A stretch of DNA of 64,000 nucleotides from NCBI GenBank assembly GCA_051294375.1, contig CM119264.1:24789842-24853841 (forward strand), written 5' to 3'. The position numbers and the translations under genes are program-made. The notes beneath the pieces are model-generated. The model saw only the letters and a program-made list of their open reading frames with translations, was not told the origin of the DNA and did not search any database. The stretch's first letter is position 1; each line of letters opens with the position of its first letter. Positions 1 to 14,194 of this stretch are shown here, piece by piece. The DNA is from Paraspadella gotoi. Its lineage: Eukaryota > Animalia > Chaetognatha.

Positions 1-419
1 ATCAGCACCTTTTAATTATACTTCTTTGTTGTTTTAACAAACGAGTACAGATTCAAAGGAATTTTTCGTTTCCTCAACCGGTTTATTTTTTTTTTTACGA
101 CGACGACGACGACGACGACGACAACGACGACTACAACAACGACCAAGTTCATCGACCACAGAAAAAAAAACCGTTCTTCGTTAACCGTTCTTCGCCCGAC
201 CCGTTGACAGACAACAAGAGATTGACCAGCGGCAGTCGATTTTGTAAGCAGCAAACGCAGCAAAAAGACGCGACAGCAGCGCCGCGTTCGGCTGCAGCGT
301 CCGTCGCGTCTCTCGGCTTTGAATTTTCAATCTCGAATCCGACGTCGAGTGACGAGTGACGTTTAATCTCGACGACGCATCGAAGATGGCGCCTCCGTGG
401 TGGAGACGGGAAGGAAGTC

Positions 420-1380
420 GGCGGACTTGAGATCTAGGTATGGAAACGGGACGGCGAAGGTCGCGGGATGGGTTCGATAGGAATGGGGTACTGGGATAGG
501 GCAATAAGAACACGGACTGGAAGGTCGGGACTACGGGATCAGTGGATGGGACTGGGATAGTGAAGGGATTCATCGTGATGGGAAGGTCGGAGATTGGGAT
601 AGGGGACGGGACTGGGATTAGGAAATGGGAAACGGGCACGGGAAGGTTGGGGGACTGAGATAGGAGACGGTCCCCGGACTGAGATAGGGAATGGAAACGA
701 GACGGCAAGGTCGGGGTATAGGATTAGGGCGAGGGAGGATTGGATAGGAATGGGAAAACGGGACGCGGTAAGTCGCGGCGATTGGGATAGGGCCGGAGAC
801 TGGGATTAGGAATGGAAAGCGACGCGGGAAGCGTTCGGGGATTGGGATATGCGGAATGGGGACTTGGATTAGGGAATGGAAAGGATGGCGTAAGGGGGGT
901 TTTCCCCGGGGAGGCGAGGGGATTGCCGGCGACATAGGGACGGGATTGAGGATAGGGAATGTGCGAAATGCGATGGTTAGGTTACGCCGAGATTGGGATA
1001 GGGTATTGGGGAATTGGAATAAGGAATGAAACAGAAAGCGAGCGTTGGGGATTGGCGATAGGTGGTATGCGAGATAGCGAATGGAAATATGCGACGGAAT
1101 GTCGGGTGACTGGCGATACGGGATAGGGCACTGAGATAGGAAATGGGAACGGGACGGGAAGTCAGAGATTGGGATATGGGATGGGGAGTCTGGGATAGGA
1201 ATGGAAACGGGATGGAAGGTCAGGGGATAGGGGACGGCTGGCACTGGGATAGGGAATGGCATCGGGACGGGAAGGCCGGGGATTGGGATAGGGGATGGGG
1301 ATTGGGATCTGAGATTGGAAAGAAAACAGGGATACGGAACGGGAACGAGGAACGGGATAAAGGACAGTGGTTGCGGACAG
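420..1380. repeat. G-rich degenerate minisatellite, ~60-bp unit
   Basis: Motif like GGAAGGTCGGGGATTGGGATAGGG...GGGACTGGGATAGGGAATGGAAACGGGACG recurs. GAAGGT anchors at ~456, 520, 582, 642 and later 1215; Pro/Ile-rich ORFs on the minus strand are by-products. Confidence 0.8.
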
Positions 1381-2286
1381 GAAACGCAGAAGGGCGACGA
1401 ACACTAGATAAGAGACAGGGATGGAGAACAAAAAAGACGATAAAAAGAATTTTAAAAACGAGAAACATGGATTTAAAGAATTAAACAAGAAGAAAATAGA
1501 AGAAGACAGCGCCTGACAAAAACGACAACAACAACAACAAAACAACAATGACAACGAAGACAGCAAAGTCAAAGACGGACGAAATCTCCCGAGGAGCTCG
1601 GCGACGTCAACGACGACAAGGATGAGAAAGAAGACGTCAATTGCAACGACGATAACGACAACAATGAAAAAAATTCGCCGACGAAGAAAATGGCGGATGA
1701 ACGACGACGACGACGATGACGACGACGTTAATGAAAACGGCAACGACGACGACGACGATAAAAAGGAAGAAGACGACGACGACGAGCACGCCAATTGACG
1801 CCCTCGCTTCCGCCAGATGGTGACTGCAGAAAGAAAAGAAAAACAGAGGCAACGTGAGTTCACAAAGATTTAAACCGTTTTTATAGTGTGAACGTTGAAC
1901 AAAAGAATGCAATGTGATACGGTTGAACACGGAATGATTACTCAAACTTGCGTCGTTAAACTAACTACGAATGATTTATCAAAAGCCAAGCTATACAAGC
2001 ACTCTTACATATCATAAATTAAGCTGCTAAGAAAGTGACAATCTTCCTTTGCCTTCCAACGCGAGTCCTCGCCTGAGGTTTAAACTGACGCCAAAGACGA
2101 CGCGAGCCTTTTGCTTATTTCCCTGATGGCAGAAGGAGAGAGGCAACTTAGCTATCACGTGACAACAACAAGACAACAAAGAAAATGAAAGATGATCTTA
2201 AAAATATGTTTCTCTTTTGTTGTTTGTTTTTTTTATGCGTAGATTGTGTAATTTGTTAGTGTATTTTTTTTGTGTTTTTCTTTTTT

Positions 2287-3510
2287 TTAGAAAGAAGAGA
2301 AAAAAAAAGTATAAAAAGAGAAGAGAGAGGAAGAAATAAGAAAAAATTAAAAAAAAGAATAGCAAAAAGAAAGAACGATGTAAAAGAATAAAAATCGAAC
2401 ACAGCAAAAAGAGAAAGAAAAAGAAAAGAATGAAGAAGCGACAACAGAAAAAAGGAAGAGAATGAAACAGACGCAACAAGAAAAAGAGAGAAAGCAGTAA
2501 AAAAGAAGAAAGAAAGAAAAAAAGAGAAAGAAGAAAAGAGAAAAGAAAAAAAAAGGAAAAAGAAGGATAAACAGAAAAAAAGAGATAAAAAAGAAAGAAT
2601 AGAAGAATAAGGAAAGAAGAGAGAGGATAAAGAAAGAAACAACAATTAATAAGAAAGAAGAAAGAAAAAAAGAAGATAGAAGCGAAAAAGAAGTAGGAAA
2701 AACAGAAAAACTAGAAAGTAGAAAAAGAGAAAATCAGAATAAAGAACGAAAGAATAAGGCTGAATAGAGAAGAGAGAGGAAGAAAAGAAGAACAAAAGAG
2801 AAAAGACAAAAGGAGAAAACAAAGTAATGGATGAATAAAGCATAAACGAAAGAAGAAAAGAAAAGAGAATAAAGATAAGTAAAATAAAAAAAAGAGAAAA
2901 AACAAGAGAATAAAAACAGAACGGAAAAAGAGAAGAGCAAGCCAGATATAAGGTAAAGAAAGAAAAAAAAAGTAAGAAAGAAGCAGAGGAAAGAAAAAAA
3001 CAACAAAGTAGAATAAGAACAAGAAATAAAGAAGAATATAAACCAGAAACGATAAATAAAGAGAATAAGAATAGAGCAAAGCAGAAAGAATAACAACTAA
3101 GAAAAAAGCAATACGAAACGAAAAAGAACCAAAGAAAAAGAGAGAGAGAGAGCAGAAGAATAAACAGGAAAATAAGACAAATTTAAAGAAAAAAGGAGAA
3201 AAGAATTAACAAGGAGATATAAAAGAAGACGTAAAAAAAAAAAGATAAAAAGATGAAAGATATATACAAAGAAAGAAGAGAAAGAAAGAATGAAAGACTA
3301 ACTAAAAGAAAACAACAAGAATATAAAAAGAAAACAAGAAGAGAATAAGGGCGAAAAAGATAAAAAAAGGAGAGACGAAAAGAGGAGTCGAAATAAGAAA
3401 AAAGAGTATAAAAATCAAGAAAAAGAGAAGAGAAAAAGAAAGGAAGAAAAATATACAGAAATAGAAAGTAAAAGAAGCAAGAAAAAGAAAGAAAAAAGAG
3501 ACGAATAAAG
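2287..3510. other. Extremely A/purine-rich aperiodic low-complexity tract (copy at 5372-6595)
   Basis: Almost only A and G on the + strand, without a stable repeat unit. The Phe/Leu/Ser ORFs on the - strand are compositional artefacts. Confidence 0.75.
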
Positions 3511-6500
3511 AGAGCCCAGAAATTTAAGAAATCTTAGTCAGAGAAATACTCTCTCTTCTGTATGTGCACAAAAAATACTAGCAAAAAGAACGAGATAGAC
3601 ATCTCAACAGAAAGTGTTATTAAATGGCTAATAATTGACAAGTCTACATGTCACCAAGAAGGCATCTTCGAACATCTAGAGGCACAAAGACAGAAGACAG
3701 ACCAAAAATAGAAAAGAAAAATAGAGAACGTGTGGAATAAACTAATAAATACATACGCTCAAATGTCCAAGGGAATACTAGACACTGACGACAACAACTG
3801 AAATGAACTAAAGAATAAGGAAAGATAGGCACGTAAAGTATCGGGGAATGCGGTTGGGCACGTTTTAGTTGGTGAAATGAAAAAGATCGCAGTAGCAGAA
3901 AATAGAGAACAAAGATAAAAGGATGAAACGAAAAGTAGTAAGATAGTGACTAGAATGTCAGAAGATCTAGTGTAAATGATAAAGAGATCCCTACTATGCG
4001 TCAGTCAGTCATACTCTACGAATACACAGCAAAACAGTAAAAAAGAGAGAAGAAAAAAACAAGAAAAAGAAAAAAGCGAAATGATAATAGTAAGAGCAAA
4101 GAAAACAGGAATAAACAGAGAGATTAGAAGAAGAGGGGGAGACGACGACGGACGAGCACGCCAATTGAGCCCTGTATCCCCTCGCTTCCGCCAGATGGTG
4201 ACTGCAGAAGAAAAGAAAAAACAGAGGCAACGTGAGTTCACAAAGATTTAAACCGTTTTTTATAGTGTGAACTTTGAACAAAAGAATGCAATGTGATGAC
4301 GGTTGAACACGGATGATTTACTCCAAAACTTGGCGTCGTTAAACTAACTTACGAATGATTTATCAAAAGCCAAGCTATACAAGCACTCTTACATATCATA
4401 AATTTAAGCTGCTAAGAAAAGTGACAATCTTCCTTTGCCTTATCCAACGGCGAGCCTTCGCTTTGAGGTTATAAACTGACGGCCAAAGACGAGCGCGAGC
4501 CTTTTGCTTATTTCCCTGATGGTCAGAAGGAGAGAGGCAACTATAGCTATACACGTGGACAACGACAACAGAAAATGAAAGATTGATCATTAAAATATGT
4601 TTTCTCTTTTGTTGTTGTTTTTTTTATGCGTAGACTCTCGCTGTATTGTTGTGTATTTTTTGTGCGTTTTCTTTTCTTCTTCTTATTTCTTGCTTTATTG
4701 TTTTCTCTCATCTCTCTCTCTTCTCTCCTCTCTTCTCTCTCTCTCTCTCTCTCCTTCTCTCCTCTCTCTCGTCTCTCTCTCTTCTCTCTCTCTCTTTCTC
4801 TNNNNNNNNNNNNNNNNNNNNNNNNNTCTTACTCTTACTCACGAAATATAAAAAACAACGACCGTCTGGATGGACCATGAGACAATTGTCTTCAAAATCT
4901 CCTCCCTTCGCTAAATTTTAAGTGACTCTCTTATCCGATCGAGAAATGAATCTCAGATCGAAGGAACCGACGCGTAATGAAGTGACTCTCGAGAGTCAAG
5001 TGTCTCCGCTTAATCGATCGATATATCGATAGAAAGAATATGACTTTTTTTCGTGACGATATTAAATCCCCTGGAAAATGGTTAATCGATTAACCGGTTA
5101 AATCGAACGTACTAATACGAGTGGAAAAAGCGTTGAAACGGATTGAAAATTTCAGTCGGGATCTGAAGAATTCCCGATGTCGTTTTATATCTGGCGACGA
5201 TTTACGTCATTCATTGTTTGTTTATTTCAAACTGAGTCATTGAGGATCAGATAGGGAAACGGTTCCAGGAGAAATGACACTCAAGTGGCCGAGTGCTCCT
5301 CCACTTTGGTGATAAACCAAAAAGTCCTCAGATTCTTATGAAACCTATCTCTTTCTCTCTCTCTCTCTCTCTTAGAAAGAAGAGAAAAAAAAAGTATAAA
5401 AAGAGAAGAGAGAGGAAGAAATAAGAAAAAATTAAAAAAAAGAATAGCAAAAAGAAAGAACGATGTAAAAGAATAAAAATCGAACACAGCAAAAAGAGAA
5501 AGAAAAAGAAAAGAATGAAGAAGCGACAACAGAAAAAAGGAAGAGAATGAAACAGACGCAACAAGAAAAAGAGAGAAAGCAGTAAAAAAGAAGAAAGAAA
5601 GAAAAAAAGAGAAAGAAGAAAAGAGAAAAGAAAAAAAAAGGAAAAAGAAGGATAAACAGAAAAAAAGAGATAAAAAAGAAAGAATAGAAGAATAAGGAAA
5701 GAAGAGAGAGGATAAAGAAAGAAACAACAATTAATAAGAAAGAAGAAAGAAAAAAAGAAGATAGAAGCGAAAAAGAAGTAGGAAAAACAGAAAAACTAGA
5801 AAGTAGAAAAAGAGAAAATCAGAATAAAGAACGAAAGAATAAGGCTGAATAGAGAAGAGAGAGGAAGAAAAGAAGAACAAAAGAGAAAAGACAAAAGGAG
5901 AAAACAAAGTAATGGATGAATAAAGCATAAACGAAAGAAGAAAAGAAAAGAGAATAAAGATAAGTAAAATAAAAAAAAGAGAAAAAACAAGAGAATAAAA
6001 ACAGAACGGAAAAAGAGAAGAGCAAGCCAGATATAAGGTAAAGAAAGAAAAAAAAAGTAAGAAAGAAGCAGAGGAAAGAAAAAAACAACAAAGTAGAATA
6101 AGAACAAGAAATAAAGAAGAATATAAACCAGAAACGATAAATAAAGAGAATAAGAATAGAGCAAAGCAGAAAGAATAACAACTAAGAAAAAAGCAATACG
6201 AAACGAAAAAGAACCAAAGAAAAAGAGAGAGAGAGAGCAGAAGAATAAACAGGAAAATAAGACAAATTTAAAGAAAAAAGGAGAAAAGAATTAACAAGGA
6301 GATATAAAAGAAGACGTAAAAAAAAAAAGATAAAAAGATGAAAGATATATACAAAGAAAGAAGAGAAAGAAAGAATGAAAGACTAACTAAAAGAAAACAA
6401 CAAGAATATAAAAAGAAAACAAGAAGAGAATAAGGGCGAAAAAGATAAAAAAAGGAGAGACGAAAAGAGGAGTCGAAATAAGAAAAAAGAGTATAAAAAT

Positions 6501-7886
6501 CAAGAAAAAGAGAAGAGAAAAAGAAAGGAAGAAAAATATACAGAAATAGAAAGTAAAAGAAGCAAGAAAAAGAAAGAAAAAAGAGACGAATAAAGAGAGC
6601 CCAGAAATTTAAGAAATCTTAGTCAGAGAAATACTCTCTCTTCTGTATGTGCACAAAAAATACTAGCAAAAAGAACGAGATAGACATCTCAACAGAAAGT
6701 GTTATTAAATGGCTAATAATTGACAAGTCTACATGTCACCAAGAAGGCATCTTCGAACATCTAGAGGCACAAAGACAGAAGACAGACCAAAAATAGAAAA
6801 GAAAAATAGAGAACGTGTGGAATAAACTAATAAATACATACGCTCAAATGTCCAAGGGAATACTAGACACTGACGACAACAACTGAAATGAACTAAAGAA
6901 TAAGGAAAGATAGGCACGTAAAGTATCGGGGAATGCGGTTGGGCACGTTTTAGTTGGTGAAATGAAAAAGATCGCAGTAGCAGAAAATAGAGAACAAAGA
7001 TAAAAGGATGAAACGAAAAGTAGTAAGATAGTGACTAGAATGTCAGAAGATCTAGTGTAAATGATAAAGAGATCCCTACTATGCGTCAGTCAGTCATACT
7101 CTACGAATACACAGCAAAACAGTAAAAAAGAGAGAAGAAAAAAACAAGAAAAAGAAAAAAGCGAAATGATAATAGTAAGAGCAAAGAAAACAGGAATAAA
7201 CAGAGAGATTAGAAGAAGAGGGGGAGACGACGACGGACGAGCACGCCAATTGAGCCCTGTATCCCCTCGCTTCCGCCAGATGGTGACTGCAGAAGAAAAG
7301 AAAAAACAGAGGCAACGTGAGTTCACAAAGATTTAAACCGTTTTTTATAGTGTGAACTTTGAACAAAAGAATGCAATGTGATGACGGTTGAACACGGATG
7401 ATTTACTCCAAAACTTGGCGTCGTTAAACTAACTTACGAATGATTTATCAAAAGCCAAGCTATACAAGCACTCTTACATATCATAAATTTAAGCTGCTAA
7501 GAAAAGTGACAATCTTCCTTTGCCTTATCCAACGGCGAGCCTTCGCTTTGAGGTTATAAACTGACGGCCAAAGACGAGCGCGAGCCTTTTGCTTATTTCC
7601 CTGATGGTCAGAAGGAGAGAGGCAACTATAGCTATACACGTGGACAACGACAACAGAAAATGAAAGATTGATCATTAAAATATGTTTTCTCTTTTGTTGT
7701 TGTTTTTTTTATGCGTAGACTCTCGCTGTATTGTTGTGTATTTTTTGTGCGTTTTCTTTTCTTCTTCTTATTTCTTGCTTTATTGTTTTCTCTCATCTCT
7801 CTCTCTTCTCTCCTCTCTTCTCTCTCTCTCTCTCTCTCCTTCTCTCCTCTCTCTCGTCTCTCTCTCTTCTCTCTCTCTCTTTCTCT
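2287..7886 (+). repeat. Apparently identical 2.5-kb direct duplication (2287-4801 = 5372-7886, offset 3085); probable assembly artefact
   Basis: Identical ORF translations at a constant offset of 3085 (e.g. 2646/5731, 3976/7061). Even noise-like A-rich sequence is identical. The first copy ends at a 25-N gap. Confidence 0.9.
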
Positions 7887-8465
7887 TTACTCTTACTCAC
7901 GAGAAATATAAAAAACAACGACCGTTCTGGCAGGAACCATGAGACAATTGTCTTCAAAATCTTCCTCCCTTCGCTAAATTTTAAGTGACTCTCTTATCCG
8001 ATCGAGAAATGAATCTCAGATCGAAGGAACGACGGCGTAATGAAGTGACTCTCGAGAGTCAAGTGCTCTCCGCTTAATCGATCGATATATCTATAGGAAA
8101 GAATATGACTTTTTTTTCGTGACGATATTAAATCCCCTGGGAAAATGATAATCGATTAACCGGTTAAAATCGCAACGTACTAATACAGTTGGAAAAGCCG
8201 TTGAACGGAATGAAAATTTCAGTCGGCGATCTGAAGAATTTCCCGATGGTCGTTTTATATCTGGCGACGATTTTACGTCATTCATGTTTGTTTATTTCAA
8301 ACTGAGTCAGTTGAGTGATCAGGGATAGGGAAACGGTTTCCAGGAGAATGACACTCAAGTGGGTCCGAGTGCTCCTCCACTTTTGGTTGATTTAAACCAA
8401 AAATGTCCTCAGAATTCTTATGAAACCTATCTCTTTCTCTCCTCCTCTCTCTCCTCTTCTCTTCT

Positions 8466-8508
<43 letters not shown>

Positions 8509-11071
8509 CCATTGACTCTTATTCTCAAGGCTCACCTTTTCGTCACCGCACTCGTTTCTCAGTCTGCGATTCGATTGGATAATCGTCTCCCTCTCTGTCT
8601 GAGTTCGTCTCTGAGNNNNNNNNNNNNNNNNNNNNNNNNNTTCGGGAGGACGTGATCGAAACGAAATTTTCATCTCGATGACGTCGTGGGATCATAGACG
8701 ATAACGACGACGATAATGAGGACGACGACGACGACGATAGCGAAGAATACCCCAAAGACATGATTACGACGATGATGACGACGATGACGACGACGCCGAT
8801 GCGTTAGAACAAAAGCGTCGGCGTGGATTTTCTCGCTTTTCGCTCGAAAACAATGAAGACGAAGAAGAACAACAACAACTAAAACATCGACACCCGAGAC
8901 CAAAACTGCGGCGTCAATTTTCGCGCTTTAATCGCGATGACGAAAGTTGGAAGGATGACGACAACTGAATGACAAAGACAACTGAATGACAACGACAACG
9001 ACGACGAGTATGGAAATGATAACAAGGACAAAACGAAAATGACAACAACGACGACTGAAAATAGTTAAACAATGATGTGTACGATTTCTTTGTATTTCTG
9101 GTTAAAAAAATAATGAAAATGATTGAAACGGCGACGACGACTACTACGACGACGGCGACGATCTCCACAACGACGACGACGACGACGAATTACTGATCTA
9201 CGAATCGAATTAAATTCTAGATGAGGCGAAGATAAAAAAGCAGAAGACACGACCCAGTTCTCGCGCTGAGGTCGCGATTAGAAGTTGAGGAGTTGAGGAG
9301 TTGAGATGAGAAGATGAGGCGTTGGGTAGATGAGGGCTTGACTAGTTGAAAAGTTTCGATAGTGTAGATGATTGGATGGAATGAAAGTTGAAATGTCGAG
9401 GTCACTGTATTCATTGTAATGAAAAGTGAAAAAAATTAATTTGGATAAACATTAAAAAGTTAATAGAAGATTAGAAGAAAAAAAATTAAAAGGAAAATAA
9501 TTGATGGAATATCGGTTAAAAGAATTAAATTAAATTTCAAACAGATGCTATGGAGATTATGAAATAAAAATGATAAGATTTTCGTAATTTCATAACAAAG
9601 ATAAAATGCAATATTAATGAAAATAATGAATGAAGGTGTGAGTCCACAGTACGTAGAAAGGAGAGATGTGAAACTTGTAAACTTATGAATATATATGAAG
9701 TTTAAACTCGTGATTGAGTGAAGAATATTGGATGAAAGTGAAAGGAGATCGAAGGAGAGACGAAGTGAGACTCGGTTCACGAGAAGAGGAGGTGATCGAG
9801 TGAGGCTGTGAGGATGTGAGGATGTGACGGAGGAAGAGAGGAAAAGATTAACTCGGATGTTGATTGATGAATATGTTAATTATGATGCTCCGGGTGAGGA
9901 TTCAGAGAGAGAGAGAACAAAAAAAGAGGGAGGATAATGAACAAAGGAAAAGTCGTGCGCGTGAGACCGACATAACGCGGTGTGAGGGTTGATGAAATGG
10001 TGACGTTACATCTAAAAAACACGACTTACGACGACGACGACGACGACGACGGACCACGAGGGAAAGGGAGAGAGATAAGGTTATTTCCTTCTTCCATTTT
10101 ATCGAATTCTTTATTGAATTTTCTCTCTTGTATTTTCTCCTCGATTTATGGAGAAAACTATCGCCGTTGATGAAGAACTCGGGAGAGGGAAAGACGCCGA
10201 CGACGACGNNNNNNNNNNNNNNNNNNNNNNNNNNNNNNNNNNNNNNNNNNNNNNNNNNNNNNNNNNNNNNNNNNNNNNNNNNNNNNNNNNNNNNNNNNNN
10301 NNNNNNNNNNNNNNNNNNNNNNNNNNNNNNNNNNNNNNNNNNNNNNNNNNNNNNNNNNNNNNNNNNNNNNNNNNNNNNNNNNNNNNNNNNNNNNNNNNNN
10401 NNNNNNNNNNNNNNNNNNNNNNNNNNNNNNNNNNNNNNNNNNNNNNNNNNNNNNNNNNNNNNCAATAGTTATGATAGTAATGATTACAATGATGACGATG
10501 ATGTTGTGTATGATGACGATTATTAGCAGAGAATATGATAAAGAAATTGAGAGAAGCCGAGAATGGGACGATCGATTTAACTGCATTAATGCGGCCTTCC
10601 TCCTGATCCCCAGCGGAGGAAACGATAACAACAACAACAATAACAACGAGGAAAACCTTAAGCTCGGCGATGAAGGCGACGACATTGAACGCAAAGACGG
10701 CGACGACAAAGATGACGACGATGATGACGATGACTACGACGATGACGACGACGAATTAGAATTAGACGAATGAAATGTGATATTAAAATATTACATTTCT
10801 TAAATATTCTATAGAATTTACCAAACAAGCGACAGAATAGATCTAATAGATATCGGCGAATTAATTTAATGTCAATCTCCCGATCGATAATATGACCGAC
10901 CGACCAACAAAGCGACCGACCGACCGTCTTGCCATCCCTCCAATCGCCAGATGATTGAGAACGCCTCTCATCGACGCTGGCGACGCCGTCGGTCGAAAAT
11001 AGAAATGAGGATTTTATGCGACGAAATCGTTGGCGTCAAAACAAAAGGGCGACGCCTCCTCGCGGTGGCGT

Positions 11072-11072
<1 letters not shown>

Positions 11073-11149
<77 letters not shown>
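11073..11149. repeat. (GGC)n trinucleotide microsatellite, ~25 units
   Basis: Pure GGC run read directly. Confidence 0.95.
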
Positions 11150-12024
11150 AGATGGCGCCACCGACTTTAATGAGAATATTAATTCAGTTTTATCACGACC
11201 TCATATTATTGCTTTTAGTGAGACTTTTTCTAAATGAGAAACGATATAAATACGATTACAATACTAAGATATCGTCGGAGTATACTTAATAGTTAATGCC
11301 AAATTTTCCGAGTTTCTACTTCTTCATAGTTTAGTTTACTACTACAATAACACTCGCAATTTGTTCTCCGTCGCTTTCAATGACATCCACCTTTGTTGAC
11401 GTCGCGCGAACTGCTTCGCCAAAGAAGTTTCCACGGCGGGTCAAAACTGTGCATTTTCTTTNNNNNNNNNNNNNNNNNNNNNNNNNNNNNNNNNNNNNNN
11501 NNNNNNNNNNNNNNNNNNNNNNNNNNNNNNNNNNNNNNNNNNNNNNNNNNNNNNNNNNNNNNNNNNNNNNNNNNNNNNNNNNNNNNNNNNNNNNNNNNNN
11601 NNNNNNNNNNNNNNNNNNNNNNNNNNNNNNNNNNNNNNNNNNNNNNNNNNNNNNNNNNNNNNNNNNNNNNNNNNNNNNNNNNNNNNNNNNNNNNNNNNNN
11701 NNNNNNNNNNNNNNNNNNNNNNNNNNNNNNNNNNNNNNNNTCTTTCTTTCTTTTCTTTCTTTCTTTTCTTTTCTTTCTTTCTTTCTCTTTCCTTTCTTTT
11801 TTTCTCTTTACTAGAAAAGCGGCGGCCACTGAACCAGTAAACCACGGTTTGTTAAATAAAATGTCTTAAAGCAGAAAAAGTCAATGTCATGTAAATACCA
11901 TATCTAGGACGAGACGAGGTCGTTTCCCTTCTTCAATCTTCGTAACGAAGTCTTAAGTGCCGGAGACCGCACTCTCCTTACCAACCCCCCGTCTCACCAT
12001 CACGAATTCCCTCGTTCGTAGGAT

Positions 12025-12140
12025 CGTTACACCGTGACACCGTGACACCGTGATACTGTATCGCTGTGATCAGGTGGCGTTGAGACACCGTAGCACCGTG
12101 GCGCCGTGACACTGTAACGCTGTGACCAGGTAGCGCCGTA
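12025..12140. repeat. 8-bp-period minisatellite (CACCGTGA-like) with 56-bp higher-order repeat
   Basis: caccgtga repeated, then variants. atactgtatcgctgtgatcaggtggcg (~12053) recurs as acactgtaacgctgtgaccaggtagcg (~12109), 56 = 7x8 nt later. Confidence 0.75.
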
Positions 12141-12373
12141 GAATCGTGGCATCATCGTACAATGACAGCTTGACATTAAGGTTCCATTTGGGACCAAAAT
12201 ACCAAAGAGTGATAAGTGGAAGCATCATAACGCGTTGGCCTCACTTGACTTTTTGGCTTCTTTTCATTAATTAAAGGCAAAAGGAGACAATCTCGGAGAC
12301 TCATTTAAACACAGTGAATCAAGATTAAAACTGTGGTTTAAATAGGCTTTAAGTGACAATTTTATATCTTTAC

Positions 12374-12545
12374 TAGTAGAAATAAGTTTGAGTTTATTTG
12401 CAACAACGATTTTAATATAAGTACATAAGACGTAAACATCGTTTCGGCTTTAGTTACAAGCTTCTTCAGCGTCATAGAGAAAATTGTTTTGGTGAACTTT
12501 ACAAATATTTGTGCAAAGGAAAAGTAAGAGAGAGAGACGAGAGAT

Positions 12546-12577
<32 letters not shown>

Positions 12578-13917
12578 CAGGGCAAAGTTTCAACACAGAG
12601 TTGATAAAAGAATAGTGGTCAGATGTGAGGACAAGGTCAAGGTGAAGACAAGATTGAGTTAGAACTGTGAAAAGAAATTAAATGGTTTGAAAAATTTTGA
12701 GAGAGAGGGAGAGAGACAGAGAGAGAGAGAGAGAGAAAAAGGAACATTAGTAACAATACAGTTGTGCAATGTAAACAAAGATTAAATGGATTTAAAACTA
12801 CAGTGGAAATAAAATATTTTTAACATTAAACTACTTAATAAATAATTGAGTATTAAACAGTGAAATTGAATGTGAAAGGAAAGAGGAATGTAAGTTTAGA
12901 AGATATTAATGGTGGAAAGTGAAATTTAAGAATTAAGAAAGAGCTCAAAATGAGCTGGCCCCCTTTGGTTGAAGCAAATTTGAGAGGTAGTGAGGGGGCG
13001 AATGTGGTCGAGTCATTGGCGCGTCAGTGCTGAGAAGTCATAGTATCGATTGAGCCTGTATGTGATGGACTGGGTAGGCTTTCCTTGCGGGAAGAGTCCA
13101 AAGGCTACCCTGATGTCTCTCTGGCCCTGGTACGGCACTTGTCGACTGCCCTCTTCTCGTCTGCGCGAGATGGGTGTTGTCCGTCTTGCCGCTTTTTGCG
13201 ACATGAGTTTGTGGACTCTCTCCTTCCTCCAGCAGCCGCCCTTTTGGTGGCGCTTACTCCCACAGAGAGAGGGAGTGCAGGTTGCTGTCAAGTTGAAGGA
13301 GAGGCAATCGGTTTGCCCATTGCTGTGCCAGCTCATTTTGAGCTCTTTCTTAATTCTTAATATTTCACTTTCCACAATTAATATCTTTCTAAACTTAATT
13401 CTCTCTTCCTTTTCACAATTTCAATTCACTGTTTTTATAACTCAATTATTTATTAAGTAGTTTTATGTTAAAAATATTTATTTAAACCTGTAGTTTAAAG
13501 TCATTTATCTTTGTTGTACATTGCACAATGCTAATTTGTTACTATGTTCCTTTATTTCTCGTCTCTCGTCTCTCTCTCTGTCTCTCTCCTCTTCTCTCAA
13601 AAATTTTTCACCATTTAATTTCTTTCACAGTCTAACTCAATCTGTCTTCACCTTGACCTGTCCTCACATCTGACCACTATTCTTTTCTCACTCTGTGTTT
13701 GGAAACTTTGCCTGTCCTCTGTTACTCTCTCTCTCTCACTCTCTCTTCTCTCTCTCTTCTCGTCTCTTACTTTTCTTTGCACAAATAATTTGTAAAGTTC
13801 AACAAAACAATTTCTGCTATGACCTGAAGAAGGCTTGTAACTAAAGCGAAACATTGGTACGTCTTATGTAGTAATAAAATCGTTGATTGGCAATAAACTC
13901 AAACCTTATTTCTACTA
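12374..13917. repeat. ~590-bp inverted duplication (arms 12374-12959 and 13327-13917) around a ~370-bp spacer
   Basis: gagctcaaaatgagctggc (12941) is the reverse complement of gccagctcattttgagctc (~13327). The match continues to tagtagaaataag / cttatttctacta. Differences are mostly 1-nt indels. Confidence 0.85.
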
Positions 13918-14194
13918 TCCAAACACAAAACGAAAAAGAAAAGGAAATTCCGCTATATTTTACTGTACACTTTCAGCAGTCTTTACTTTCAAACATTTAT
14001 GTACTCTTTAACGGAACAATTCATTAGACCAAACCCAATGAGTAACGCTATATGGAAACCCATAAAGCCCACCTTCAACGCCCTTCAGGCGTCTCACGTG
14101 CGAATGTATCAACCCTTTAGGGTTTTTTAGACCAGAGTTCTCAGACCCAACAAAATAGGCAGTCCTCCAGTCGCCACTAACAACCCATTTCGAC

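Noticed and set aside
2198-3096. Hydrophobic Phe/Leu/Ser-rich ORFs that look like membrane proteins (also 5281-6181, 22026-22337, 46429-46800)
   Set aside because: They are translations of purine- or pyrimidine-rich low-complexity DNA, open in several frames.
10471-10773. Acidic Asp/Asn-rich ORF (also 8650-8900 and 44270-44600)
   Set aside because: Explained by degenerate (GAC/GAT/AAC)n repeats. No domain or clear splice support, though real low-complexity exons cannot be excluded.
13013-13375. ORF with a KAARRTTP motif faintly like the histone H3 tail (TKAARKSAP)
   Set aside because: Only a few residues match and there is no histone fold. It lies in the noisy spacer of a probable fold-back artefact.
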